In this document: positions 13,068 to 25,739 of the stretch, piece after piece
How the letters are laid out: every line of letters begins with the position of its first letter
How positions within the stretch are numbered: the stretch's first letter is position 1
Source: Octopus sinensis
Taxonomy: Eukaryota
Reading direction: 5' to 3'
DNA: 64,000 nt
NCBI RefSeq assembly: GCF_006345805.1
Contig: NC_043009.1
Span: forward strand, 28,458,001 to 28,522,000
The notes under the pieces: generated by a model
Told to the model about the DNA's origin: nothing
Database searches by the model: none
The model's input: only the letters and a program-made list of their open reading frames with translations
Made by a program: the position numbers and the translations under genes

Positions 13068-14039
13068 TATATATATTTATATGTATACCCATATATATAT
13101 AAACTCGTTTGTTCTATGGATTTATATATATATATATATATATATGTTTGTATATATTCATATGTATATCCAAATATATACATATATATATACACACATA
13201 TATACATATATCTATATGTTTAAGTATATAGATATGTATATATATATATATATATATATATGGAAATACATACATATGCAGTAGCACCATTTACTTGGAA
13301 ATATTTTTCTTTGTTTGAGTATTTCCAAATTTAGTCATTTCTCCCATGTTCCAAAACTGCCCTTCCCCCATCGCCACACATTTCCACTTCCTTTACCAAT
13401 ATCATTGTCTTTGTTCTTCCAGAAAGTACTTCCTTTTTGATTTTGGTCTCTTCTTGTTCCTGGAGAGTTTGCAAAACAAATATATACGAGTTGAAGGATA
13501 ATCATCCTATTGATTCTTCAACACAAGCAAGAAAGAAAAGAAAGCAATAAGAGGAAGAAAAAAAGAAAAGAAAACGGTAGAAAGAGAAATGGAATGAGAG
13601 AGAGAAAGAGAGAAAGAGAGAGAGAAGGAGTGAGGGAGGGACAGAGAGAAAATTAGTGGACAAGAACCAAAATGTTTTCTCATATCTATACACAGTGGGA
13701 GACTGTAAGAATTATTCCAGTGAGAGCAAACCAGTTCACAAGAGTTGATTGGAAAATGGGTCATTTGTGTTATCTGATTGAAATGGTTTGGTGAAATGAA
13801 TTCTTATGACTCCTGATAAATGTTTATGGCATTTCATTAAAGTACCTCTTCAAGAATATTTCTGCTTGTTCCTATATTGTGCATTTTGCTTTCATGTCTC
13901 TATCAACAGCTTTCCATATTGTCTCTACATTCTGCCTCTTGAATATCAGAGATATCTTCTTTCTGATATTTCTCGCATTGTATTTTATATTTACTCTTTT
14001 TTAAACTCTGTCCAGTCCTTCATATTGTTCTCAATATAA

Positions 14040-14495
14040 GGGGCAGACATTGCTGCATGGTTAAGAAATTTGCATCCTATCCTCTTGGCTTTGGGTTCAT
14101 TTCCCCTGCATGGCACCTTGGGTAGGTGTCTTCTACTTTCCTACTATAATCCCAAGTTGATCAAAATCTTGTGAGTGGATTCAGTTGACAGAAACTGAAA
14201 GAAGCCTATTGAATACATAAGTGTATATGTGTATGCATGTGAGTGCACTTATGTGCATGTGTGTACGTCTTCTTGGCTTGCCATGTGTGATAGTCGTAAA
14301 TGAGCTTCACTGTTATACAAGCTGTGTTATTCATTTCCAATATTCTGCCAAAACATGCTTGGCCATGGGGGAATATTTCCTTGTTTGGAAGCAGGTGTGC
14401 GTTGGCATTTCTCTGCTGTAGAAAATTTGCCTCAATATATTCTGTCTGATCCATGAAATATGGAAAAGTAGACATTAACTGACGACGATGATATG
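14040..14495 (+). mobile_element. SINE family A followed by an RTE-related tail ending in (GAT)n
   Basis: Family A motifs ggcaccttggg..gtgtcttctact and gtgagtggat. The tail ccatg..atatggaaaagtagacattaa.tgacgacgatga resembles the other RTE 3' ends. Confidence 0.6.
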
Positions 14496-14654
14496 AAGAA
14501 GGAGGAGGAGGAGGAGGCGGAAGAAGAGGATTCTGTGTCTTTGGGTGTAGCATTATTGTATCATTTCCTTTTAATTTTTTCAAGACTTTATCACTTGTAG
14601 TAATGGCCAAAATATAAAATGGTATTCTCATCTGTGACAAGGCTGGCCTATCAA

Positions 14655-14865
14655 ATTACAGGTAGAACAGAAACAGGAAGAAAGAGCAAGAGAAAGTTGT
14701 GGTGAAAGAATACAGCAGGGTTCGCTACCCCTACCCCCACCTGAGCTTTGTGGAGATTTAGGGGTTTTCGCTCAATAAACACTCACAATGCCCAGTCTGG
14801 GAATTGAAACTGCGAACCTATGACCGTGAATCTGCTGCCCTAACCATTGGGCCATTGTGTCTCCA
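14655..14865 (-). mobile_element. SINE family C
   Basis: Homologous to 1065-1240. Confidence 0.75.
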
Positions 14866-14867
14866 CA

Positions 14868-15460
14868 ATACAGACAAATACATAAGCAAAAAAGCAGGAC
14901 CTATGAACCTATGTAACACAGCAAAAATAACACTGCTAGGCTCTGCACACATCGTACGCAAAGTACTTTTGATACAGTGAAAATAACAAGACTAAATCAG
15001 ACCGTAGCACATACCCATGGCACACAGAGCCGTGTTTGGTAGTGCAGGGTGAATACGGGATAAAAATAAATTTATTGAATCATATTTTATGAAAAATCTC
15101 AATATAGATTCACCATTTTATTGAAGCAAATATATGAGATATGATCATATAGGATAAAATTAAAAATACTGAAAGATCATAGAGTTTGTAATACCAAATG
15201 ATAACAGAATGGATATGAAAGAAATTGAGAACATTGAAAAGTATGAGAACATAGCCAGTGGGATGAAGGGATTGTGGAAAGACTAAGATGATGATTACTT
15301 CAGTGGTACAAAACCCAAACTGCTACCTAAAGGTTGAAGGAAACTAGAACTGAGAAACATTGCTGGGCTGCAGAAAAGTGTTATCTTTTATTCTGTAAGA
15401 ATCCTAACAAAGATTCTTGAGACTTGAGGAGATTTGTTGTTACCATAGATTATATCAGGA
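14868..15460 (+). mobile_element. Two RLE (R4/Dong-like) 3' fragments (14868-15078 and about 15200-15460)
   Basis: The first is homologous to 57090-57300 (KITLLGSAHIVRKVL plus 3' UTR). The second gives a degenerate KEIEN.EKYE...KGLWK...LQKSVIFYSVRILTKILE. Confidence 0.65.
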
Positions 15461-15789
15461 AGAAGGTCATCTAAGCTCTTTTTGCAGCTATTCTGCATCC
15501 GAGATTTCTTTTATTTTCTATAAAATACCAACTCAAATGGTGCTTCAAAGTTTGTTTATAAAAATATCAAGATAAAATCCCTTTTAACAGAATTAGTATT
15601 TTTATGGTTCCAATAATGGTTTCTAATTTAAACACAATGCTAACAGTTTTAAGAAGAGATTAGTCGATATCATTGGTTCCAGTATTTGACTGGCACTTTA
15701 TCTTATTGAATTTGAAAGGAAGCAAAGCAAAATTAACTTTGGCAGCATTTTGAGTAAAAAATGTGAAGGGCCAGAACAAATACTGCATT

Positions 15790-16395
15790 GTTTTTCTTCT
15801 GATGTTCTGATGCTGAAGAATGGAGAACTTAAGAAAGAAACACAAGGACTCATAATGGCTGCCCAAAGCCAGTCATTGTGGACAGACATCATGAAAGCAA
15901 AAATAGTCAACTTTGCAAGAAGTGTATGTATGTAATGAGAAAGAGTAATATCCATTATGCATGTAATAAATCCCCGTGATCCTTTGGCACAGAAGGAATA
16001 TGGACATGGACAGAGTTGGGTGGTCAAGGCACTACACTGGAATATATTACAGCAAAAAGGACTTGAAGTAGGAAGAAAATGGCACTAACATCAAGTGGTA
16101 AGGATTCTGCCAGTTCAATACTTGCGTTATTATAATAATGGTAATAATAATAATGATAACAATAATGATTATGATGATGATGATGATGATGATGATGATT
16201 ATGATTATGATATTTATCTCGAGAAGTATGTGGAACAAATAGGGGTTATAATAAGGGTGAAGCACTTGCAGAAAACAGCACTGCTTGGAACTGCTCGAAT
16301 ACTCCAGAAGGTGCTTGAAAAATAAGAGGTGTTACCTTAGTTCGCTTGTAGTGAACAGCTGACACCATAATGCATCTCCATCATTAGAAGCTGTG
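15790..16395 (+). mobile_element. RLE non-LTR fragments: post-RT/zinc-knuckle region (15790-16080) and another family's 3' end (16213-16395)
   Basis: LKNGELKKETQGLIMAAQSQSLWT...LAQKEY...KALHW, and YLEKYVEQIGVIIRVKHLQKTALLGTARILQKVLEK*. Confidence 0.7.
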
Positions 16396-16911
16396 CAAAG
16401 GAAAAACAGACACGACAGAGTTGGGACCTACATACACTGGAAGCTATGCCAACACTATAGAATAACAACAGAAAAAAGATGGTATAGATACACGCCAGAA
16501 AAGGTCACAGAAAACGAGAAAGCAACCATACTCTGGAATATGACAATACACACAGATAGAGAAATTAAGGCCAATAGGCCTGATATAATTGTCAGAGATC
16601 ATGAAAAAAAAATGCTTTCTAATCGATGTAGCAATACCAGCAGATGACAACGTTTCTCTAAAAAAATGGATAAACTTTCAAAATACAAAGACCTGGAAAT
16701 AGAGGTAACTCGAATGTGGAATCTAAAAACAGAAACAATTCCTATCATAGTAGGAACATGAGGTATGATAAGAAAAAATATTCAGATAAATGCATAGCAA
16801 AAGCACCAGAACTAACAAGTACATATAACATACATAAAATAGCACTACTAGGAACCACAGAACTGTGCACTGTAGTGCAGAGTCAGCATGTGATAAAATA
16901 AAACTACTGAA
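16396..16911 (+). mobile_element. R4/Dong-like non-LTR retrotransposon 3' fragment (restriction-like endonuclease region), followed by (TAA)n
   Basis: RHDRVGTYIHWKLCQHY...ILWNMTIHTDREIKANRPDIIVRDH...LIDVAIPADDN...KYKDLEIEV contains the RHD and PD-(D/E) RLE motifs; frameshifted. Confidence 0.9.
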
Positions 16912-16931
16912 TAATAATAATGATAATAATA

Positions 16932-16979
<48 letters not shown>

Positions 16980-17011
16980 TAATAATAATAATAATAATAA
17001 TGATGATGATT

Positions 17012-17210
17012 TCGAATTTTGGTGCAAGACCAGCAAGTTTGGAGAGGATAAATCGATTACATTGACCCCAGTATTCAACTGGTACTTATTTTTCCAACCC
17101 CGAAAGGATGAAAGGCAAAGTTGACCTTGGCAGCATTTGAACTCAGAAGACGGACGAAATGCCACAAGCGTCTTGCCCAGCATGCTAATGATTCTGCCAG
17201 TGCACCACCT
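17012..17210 (-). mobile_element. tRNA-like SINE (family B)
   Basis: Minus strand aggtggtgcactggcagaatcattagc...ttctgagttcaaatgc...gcctttcatcctttcggggt. Homologous to 24094, 36010, 12006 and 57745. Confidence 0.8.
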
Positions 17211-18079
17211 TGATTATAGTAATGATGATGATGATGATGAAAATGATGATGATGATGATGAAAATGATGATGATGATGATGATGATAACAAGAACAACAG
17301 CAAGTGTCTGATTTAAGTACAAGGCTAACCATTTTGAATTGGGGTAACCTAGTTGATGTCTAAGAATAAGTAAATGATGCTGTTGACTTTGGTCTGACTG
17401 GAACTAGAACCAGGAACCAATGATGACTGTTAAGATGAGGAGTTGGTGGAGCCTGGTACTGACTAGAGACACTGGAGAAGATGGAAAAATTAAAGAAGAG
17501 AGGCAAAAACCTTTTCCTGAATGGTCTTTTAATGGCAGGAAAGAAGAATTATTGGATAAAAAGAAAAACAAAAAAAAAACATTTACAAATTTGGCACAGA
17601 ATTTAAATCTGCATCAACATCACGACCCCCCAACTTACGATCATGATGTAAACCATTATCACCATCATCATCATCATCATCATCATCGGAATCAGAATCA
17701 TCAGAATCATTGTGTTGCCATCGTCACCACAAACATTGTCGGCTCATCATTGCTGTCATCATCATCATCATCATCATCAGCATCAGCATCAGCATCACTT
17801 CTGTTATCACTATGGCTACTGCTACCACCACCACCACCACCACTGCAACCACCATGATGTTCGAGATGAAAATCAACATTGTCGTCCTCATCCCTGTTAT
17901 CATTACCATCATAACTGCTCCAGTTATTTTCCTAATTATGGCACGATGAAATAGATCAACATTGTCTGCTATGACAGGAAATATTTTTGGTACCTCAGTC
18001 AGTTTATAGAAATTTCTATTTCTGGTTCGATGTGAGTCAAAACAATTATTCAACAACAAGAGCAACAACAATATTCAGG

Positions 18080-18630
18080 CGAAGGGGAAGAGTGGGAGAG
18101 AGAAGAAGATAAGGTAGTGGAGAGGGACGGGAAGAGGGGAGGTGAAAGGGTATTTGAGAAAAGAAGGGAGAGCCAGAGAGCAACAGTAAACAAGAGAAGG
18201 CAAGAGAGATGGAGATAGATAAATGGAGAGAGAGAGCGGGTGAAAGAAAGGGTTAGAGAGAGGGGAGAGAAAAGGAAAGAGAGATATAGAGAGAGGGGAG
18301 AGAAAGAAGGTAAGAGAGAGATAGAGAGAGGGGAGAGAGAGAAGGAAAGAAAGAGATAGAGAAAGGGGGAGAGAGAAGGAAAGAGAGAGATAGAGAAAGG
18401 GGAGAGAGAGAGAGAAGGAAAGAGAGATAGAGAGAGGGGAGAGAGAGAAGGAAATAGAGATAGAGAGAGGGGAAGAGAGCTAGTTAAAGGGTGAGAGAGA
18501 GAGATAATGCAGACTAGATAAGGTAAGGAAAAACTGGATGTAAAAATACACATTATAAGTGACAGAATGAAAGCTAGATAGAGAGAAAGGGAGAGTGAGG
18601 GAGTGAGAGAGAGGGAGTGAGAAAGAGGTA
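18080..18630. repeat. Polypurine (GA-rich) low-complexity tract
   Basis: Seen directly in the sequence. Confidence 0.9.
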
Positions 18631-19119
18631 TGGTGGGAGGGATATAGTCCTTTAGACAGAGAAATGAAGCAGTTAATTTTTCTTTGAAGTTAATTAAACT
18701 GGATGAGTGGACAGCAAGCCTTGTTGATTACAAAACTTATAAACCATTTTAGCATCTGAAGGAAGTCAATGAAAAAGAAAAAATGGTTGAAGAACTGTCA
18801 TTCTCATTTACAGAGAATTTGACCAGATGATGGTTTTTGGAAATCAGATTGGAATAATCTTTCCAACAGTTTGGTTAATACCATGGCTAGAGGAAGAATA
18901 TTTTGCCACTTACATGCAAGTTTGTACATGACTCAATCACAATCGATGTGAGTTGCTAATGTTATTTCCAGAGAAATCAAAGTCAAGAGATTTACAGAAC
19001 TACTATTTTTTTTCTTTTTCGGTAATTCCAATTCCAGCCTGCTTTGTTATCTATTTGCTAAATCTACTATTTGTTCTTCTGTGAAGAGAATATAAATGAG
19101 TGAAAGGAAGGGATATATG

Positions 19120-19124
19120 ACACC

Positions 19125-19155
<31 letters not shown>

Positions 19156-19252
19156 CCACCACCACCATCACCATCACCACTACCACCATCATCATCACCA
19201 TCACCATCATCACCACCACCACCACACACACCATATATCATCATCATCATCA

Positions 19253-19300
<48 letters not shown>

Positions 19301-19610
19301 GCCATCATCATCATGATGTAACGTCCATGGTCCAAGCTGGTGTGTTGTCCATGGGTCCAAGAGCTGCATAATGCCTCAGTGGATACTTTGGGGTTTAACA
19401 AACTCCGATGATTCCAAGGACTGCACTGTGCTCTGAAGTCAGCTTTGGGTGTTTGACAGGATCTGATGAGTCTGAGGACCACATCATGCTCCAATTGTCT
19501 GCTTTGCTATGGTTTCTATGGCAACATGCACTTCATAACACCAACCACCTTAAAGCATGTACTGGGTGCTTTTTCTATGCTGCTGGTACTATTGAGGTCA
19601 TCATGAAGCT
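19120..19610. repeat. (CAC)n/(CAT)n microsatellite followed by a degenerate minus-strand RTE-type 3' UTR
   Basis: Repeats seen directly; 19316-19600 is homologous to the other RTE UTR copies. Confidence 0.7.
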
Positions 19611-21274
19611 CACAGGACTATGAACCCTGAGGGGGTAATTCAGTGGGCCAAATTTATGATAGAGGACGATGGGTTAAACAGGGGTGTAAGAACAAGTTCT
19701 TGTAGAGGATATGCATGGTTGCTCACATTTAGAAGAAGAAGAATAGGAAGAATAGAGAGCAAGAAAGGAAAATAATCAATATGAGCTGCAATGATATAGA
19801 TAATGACAAAGAGGTGCCCAGCTGACCCTACAGGGCACAGTGTAAGTAGAAGTGGGAGGGTAGTCTCCAATACTGCATGCAAACCTGTCAAAACGAATTA
19901 GTATTTGAAACTCTGGCAATATCATTGTATCCTTTGGCAAGTTACTTAACCCACAATAACATACAAGACATATTAATTTTGACTACAAATTAATACATAA
20001 ACCTACAAATTCTCCAGTTCACATTCAAATAGGAAGTCTTTGTTTTTAGTTTTTATTATGTTTTTTTTTGTTCTATAGCTGAAACAAGTAGTAGAATAAA
20101 AGAATAAATACAATTAATTGATTTCAGATTAATAACTCAGAGCAGAACTAATATCTTCAGGGATTTGATTTGTGAGCAACAGTCAGTCTTTGGGCAGTGA
20201 GTGGGGGTTTCTTATTGATTTATTGATGCTTATGTGCATCAGAGAATGTAAACATATCAAAAGACAGACACATAAATATTCCCAATCTACAAATCAGGTG
20301 AAGTGACAACCATGATATTCCGCTCAAGGGCCCAGAGCTATTGATGTTGCTGTTTTTGCTTCCCCTACTTTTACATACCATTCTCTTTAGCAGGTTTCCT
20401 TCTGGGCAGAGGGTTCCCACATGACATTTACTACCACACTTGTAGCACCTAGGTCTTCAGCCATGTATAATTTCAATCTTGTTTAGCAAGTGACTTGATC
20501 TAAGATCTGTATTGAAACTGAAGCAGTTACATCATGGGAAATTTATTCCAGCTAGCCAAGTGAAACAGCTTTGTATGAAGTGTGAGATGCCTCTCTGAAG
20601 AGGGAATTAACTACCTAAGTGAAAATAGGTACCACGTGATATATGAACAAACTTGTCACTTCATGTAGTGAAGTAACACTGTTAAATTACCAACAACAAA
20701 CACTGTTTTATTTGCTTGAAGTGCCAAGCCTTTCTTTCATTCTTAATTGTCATTCAGTGCTGTATTAAACATGGTGCCATCTTTGGACTGTTCCTGTAAG
20801 GCACCATTTTGTTAATAAGAGGGAGAGATAGAGAAAGGGTGATTGAGAATAAAGTTTCTTATTTGGCACGTGCCATCAGTAATTACTCAGTGTAGGAAGT
20901 AGGTGACCCTTATGTAGTAAAACAGATAGAAAATAAGTGAAACAGCCATGTGATTAAAGTGAAAGCAGATATACTTCTGCCTTTATAGCACGTAAAGAAA
21001 ATGGTGTTGTAGGAATGTACGCAGCTTGTGTACTACAGCAGTCCTATGCATAGCTTAAATACTGAGATTGAACGGCAGGAGTGAATTATGCCAACCTAAT
21101 CTACAAAAAAGTTTTAAAATATTTTGCATTTTATGCATAGTAATGAGAGTAACCGTCATAATTTTATTGAATTAGGTGTATATTTTGCCATAAAAGGAAA
21201 ATGTTGCTATTGATATATTTTATTCAAGGCAGGCACTGACTACCTTGCTTATCTAGGTGGCACGTCCCTGGTAT

Positions 21275-21307
<33 letters not shown>

Positions 21308-21351
21308 TATATGTGTATATATATATACATATATATATATATGTGTGCATA

Positions 21352-21870
21352 TTTGAGTACAGGACATCACCAACAGTAAACAACATGAAATACGAAAACA
21401 AATGAGTTAATATGCAAACAATGAGAGAAAAAATGTAAAACAAAACAGAACAAGTAACACAAAGAACGACCCTTCATCAGTTATCGCCTATCTTTCTACT
21501 TCTCATTTCGATCATTGAACCACAATATGAGTCTTTGAAGACAGTTGCTCCTATAAATGCCAAAATAAATTTTTGGATCTATGGAGGGTCAAAGTTGGGA
21601 ACAAAAACAGAACAGCGGAGGCATACAAGGAAGCCGAAAGAAAACAAACATTGAGGGTTGTTAGACCAGAACAAGGGTAAAATTGCGAATGGTGGAGAAA
21701 TATTTTCTCTGGAAAGAGAAAAGATATAGAAAACCTCCATTCTTTAGTACGTCCTGGAGGAAAAGCAAGATGGTCATGCGAGGAAAAGAAAGATGGACAA
21801 TGGTCATATGTGGGCAATGAGAGAAAGAAAAAGAGAAAGTGGGGAGAGAGAGAGAGAGACAGATAGAAAA
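21352..21870. mobile_element. Unclassified interspersed repeat (copies at about 9003-9120, 30795-30925, 36698-36965)
   Basis: Shared blocks caggacatcac, aaagaacgacccttcatcagtt, atttcgagcattgaac and gtcaaagttgggaacaaaaacag. Confidence 0.7.
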
Positions 21871-21959
21871 TTGTAAAGGGGAGATAGATATATATTCATA
21901 TGTATATTTATGATATTATATATATATATATATGTATGTATGCATATGTATACATATGC

Positions 21960-21993
<34 letters not shown>

Positions 21994-22146
21994 TATACGA
22001 GGTGTATATATATATATATATATATATATATGATATAATACAATACTATATTATGATATATACGTATAAATTGAATAGAATATATAATTGTTCATTTTAC
22101 TGTTTTGCTTTTCCATTTCTGATTTACATTTATATATACATGTCAG

Positions 22147-22182
<36 letters not shown>

Positions 22183-22699
22183 TATATATATATATTATAT
22201 ATATATATATCAATTGATAGCTAGATATAGATAATAGATAGATAGATAAATAGATAGACAGATATATGTTCAAGGTCATATTTTGAAAACTTAGGTGTCG
22301 GCTAGTATTAATATCACTTAACAGGCAGAGAAAATTCCAAAAATATAGAAAGAGAAGTGAAAACAAATATTATATATATATATATATATATATAAATACC
22401 TAAAACAAAACATTAAGAACTAAATAGAATCAACATTTTTTTTTCAGAAACATTATCCTAAAAATAAGGATCATCCCCACCATCACCATCACCATCACAA
22501 TCACCACAATCCTACCAGCTTCACTATTGCCATCATTATCAGTAGTGTCATCACTGTCATCGTGATCAACAACAACAATAACAACAAATGATGTCTTTGT
22601 TTTGCCCACCTTACTGACATTAAGGTTAATTGGGAAAGATCTTGTTCTATTAACCTCCATTATTCCAACAAGAAATAAGAAATATACATACACACACAT

Positions 22700-22776
<77 letters not shown>

Positions 22777-22957
22777 CATATTTATATTTACACACACACA
22801 CACATATATATATAAATATAGGTATACATGTGTGTGTATATATATGTATATGTACACACACACACACACATATATATATACATGCACACATATATACACA
22901 CACACATGCATACATATGTAAATATCTGTATCTATCTACCTGTGTGTGTGTATATGT

Positions 22958-22989
<32 letters not shown>

Positions 22990-23299
22990 TCATGCATATA
23001 CATATAGACACATACATATATATGTCTATATATGTATATACCTATATATATCTATATCTATCTGTCTCTTTACCTATACATATGTTTATATATGTATGTA
23101 TGTATATATATGTATTTATACAAGTCTGTGTGTGCATGTATGTGTGTATATATATATATGCATATCCATGGTCGTAAATTGTATTATTCCCTACATACTG
23201 TTTTTTTGTTTGTTTGTTTGTTTTGCTCTCCTTCTTCCTCATCACATTTAATCCCATAAAAGCTAAAAGGATATTTGTCCTTCTGTTAACACATGGAGA

Positions 23300-23399
23300 N
23301 NNNNNNNNNNNNNNNNNNNNNNNNNNNNNNNNNNNNNNNNNNNNNNNNNNNNNNNNNNNNNNNNNNNNNNNNNNNNNNNNNNNNNNNNNNNNNNNNNNN
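23300..23399. other. Assembly gap (100 N)
   Basis: Run of N. Confidence 1.
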
Positions 23400-23576
23400 C
23401 TTGAAAGAAATGATATCTGGCACTTGTGGGATTCCATACTTTGCAACAATGTTTGAGAACAAAATGCAATTGCTAATGTTTTAAAATTGGTAATTCTGTT
23501 ATGACTCGATCGGAATATAAAGCATGACTGTCTTAGAGTAGTAACCCAGGCCATCACACACTGGAGGATGTCGGAA

Positions 23577-23589
23577 AGGTCAAAGGTCA
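23577..23589 (+). promoter_or_regulatory. Perfect DR1 nuclear-receptor motif AGGTCA-A-AGGTCA (function unproven)
   Basis: Exact consensus match in non-repetitive sequence. Confidence 0.3.
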
Positions 23590-24034
23590 ACATATATCTA
23601 TATCATTGAGTTGTATATAATTTCTCTTGAGAATTAGGAATTGAAAAGCTGCAGACATGTTATGAATGGGGTGGATTTCCTGGTAAATAGATAGTACAGT
23701 GGCCAACAAATTTAGACGATCTCTCTTTCACTGTCCCTCTCTCTCTTTCTCTCTCTCTCTCAGTCTATAAGTGAACACCCAACTCTTGGGTTACGCATTT
23801 GGGATGAGCACTGAGAATCAGAACCACTTTGTCTAATTAAACTGAATCATCAGCACCAAATTCTCTGGTCTGTGATTCATCAATTCTTTGTGTTTTGACT
23901 ATTTATATTCTCAGAAAGAACTCCCAGTTGGAACTAATAACTCTATTGTATAACGTTAGGTTACATAACGGAATAAGTTTCCCTCATCACCAACTCAATT
24001 GTTGTTATTCTGCTGCAGTTGTTTTTGTTGGTGC

Positions 24035-24065
<31 letters not shown>

Positions 24066-24093
24066 ATTATTATTATTATTATTATTATTGTTA

Positions 24094-24306
24094 AGGTGGT
24101 GAGATGGCAGACTCGTTAGCATGCCTGGTGAAATGCCAAGTGGAATTTTGTCTGTCTTCATGTTCTGAGTTCAAATTCCTCTGTGGTTGATTTTGCCTGT
24201 AATTCTTTAGGGGTCAATAAATTCAGTACCAGTGAAATACTGGAGTCGATATAATCAACTATCCCCCTCCTCCAAAATTTCAGACCTTGTGGCCTATAAT
24301 AGAAAA
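24094..24306 (+). mobile_element. SINE family B
   Basis: aaggtggtgagatggcagactcgttagcatgcctggtgaaatg...ttctgagttcaaattcc... Confidence 0.8.
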
Positions 24307-24475
24307 GATTCTTCTTCTTCTTCTTCTTCTTCTTCTTCTTCTTCTTCTTCTTCTTCTTCTTCTTCTTCTTCTCCTCCAACTCCTCCTCCTCCTCCTCCTC
24401 ATCATCATCATCATCCTCATTAAGGTGATGGAGTGGAAGACTCATTAGCATACTTGAGAAAATGTTTAGCAGCCA

Positions 24476-24853
24476 TTTCTTCCATCGAGCATGATCATTG
24501 CCAACATCGCTTTACTGGCACATGTGCCGGTGGCATGTGAAAAACAATATTCGAATGGGGTCATTGCCAGTGCCGCCAGAGTAGCTCCCATGCAGGTAGC
24601 ACATAAAAACACCTTTTGAGCATGGTTGTTACCAGAATCACCTGACTGGCCCTTGAGCTGGTAGCATGTAAAAGCACCCACTACACTCTCGGAGTGGTTG
24701 GCGTTAGGAAGGGCATCCAGCTGTAGAAACTCTGCCAGATCAGATTGGTGCCTGGTACAGCCTTCTGGCTGACCAGTCCTCAGTCAGGACGTCCTACTCA
24801 TACCAGCATGGAAAGCAGATGTTAAACGACGACAATGATGAGGATGATGATGA
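24476..24853 (+). mobile_element. RTE-type LINE 3' UTR with (GAT)n tail
   Basis: aaagcacccactacactctcggagtggttggcgttaggaagggcatccagctgtagaaac...gttaaacgacgacaatgatg; reverse complement of the 1-60 type sequence. Confidence 0.8.
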
Positions 24854-25467
24854 ATTAAGAAAATCTGGAAAAAAGGGTGTTTTGCTCATTTCCTCTCTTA
24901 AACTGGTGCTTTGTTATATATGATATAATTTAAATTAATCTTTTGACTGCTGAAGTAAATTTCATGCTCATTCATGAAATGATGTTAATTATCCATCAAA
25001 AAAAAAAAAAAAAAAGACAAAAAATAGAATTGCTCTTTTCTGTTTGGGAAATATATACCTTTCCAGTATTTTTTGTAGAAGATACAGTTTCCATATCCAC
25101 CACAAAAACTAGTTGATTCTTGCTCAGTGAAGAGAGATTTGATGAAAAATGTAAAAAAAAGTGAGAAAATCTGAAAAATTGTCTTAGTAAAAAAGCATTA
25201 CTGGAGCTGTCTTTGGTTCTCATAACATAAGGAGAGGTTTTCAATATGCTGTGAGGCAAAACCACTTTTGACAGTTAATGGCAATTAAATTTTGAGCAGG
25301 TTTATCTGGTTTCCATGTTCAAAGGGTTAAAGTAAAATGCCAGTCAAGCTATGCTGTTGATAGAAATAACTGTTCTGTTCTTTAAAATTTCTAGCCCCGT
25401 TCCAAGGTAATAAATTAATTGCATTAAATTTAAAGTGGGATATTGAAGAAGATGGATTAACTTAATA

Positions 25468-25695
25468 TGAGATCTGATCAAAAAGTATTGAACCTGGAAG
25501 AAGAAGAAGAAGAAGAAGAAGAAGAAGAAGAGAAAAAAAAAAGAAGAAGAAGAAGAAGAAGAAGAAAAAAGAAGAAGAAGAAAAAAGAAGAAAAAGAAGA
25601 AGAAGAAGAAGAAGAAGAAGAAGAAGAAGAAGAAGAAGAAGAAATAGAAGAAGAAAAAAGAAGAAGAAAAAAGAAGAAGAAGAGGAAGAGAAGAA

Positions 25696-25739
<44 letters not shown>

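Noticed and set aside
19463-19485. CTGATGAGTCTGAGGAC, resembling the textbook hammerhead stem II
   Set aside because: Followed by CACA rather than GAAA, with no stem I or III; it lies in an antisense RTE-type UTR.
20590-20635. CTGAAGA...GAAA motif
   Set aside because: Stem II does not close onto GAAA and there is no stem I complement.
21465-21560. CTGATGA and GAAA in the 21352/30795/36698 repeat family (minus strand)
   Set aside because: The boxes are in permuted order with no convincing stems for a type-II fold. The alternative parse needs CTTATGG/TTTATAG as the core and has no stem I.
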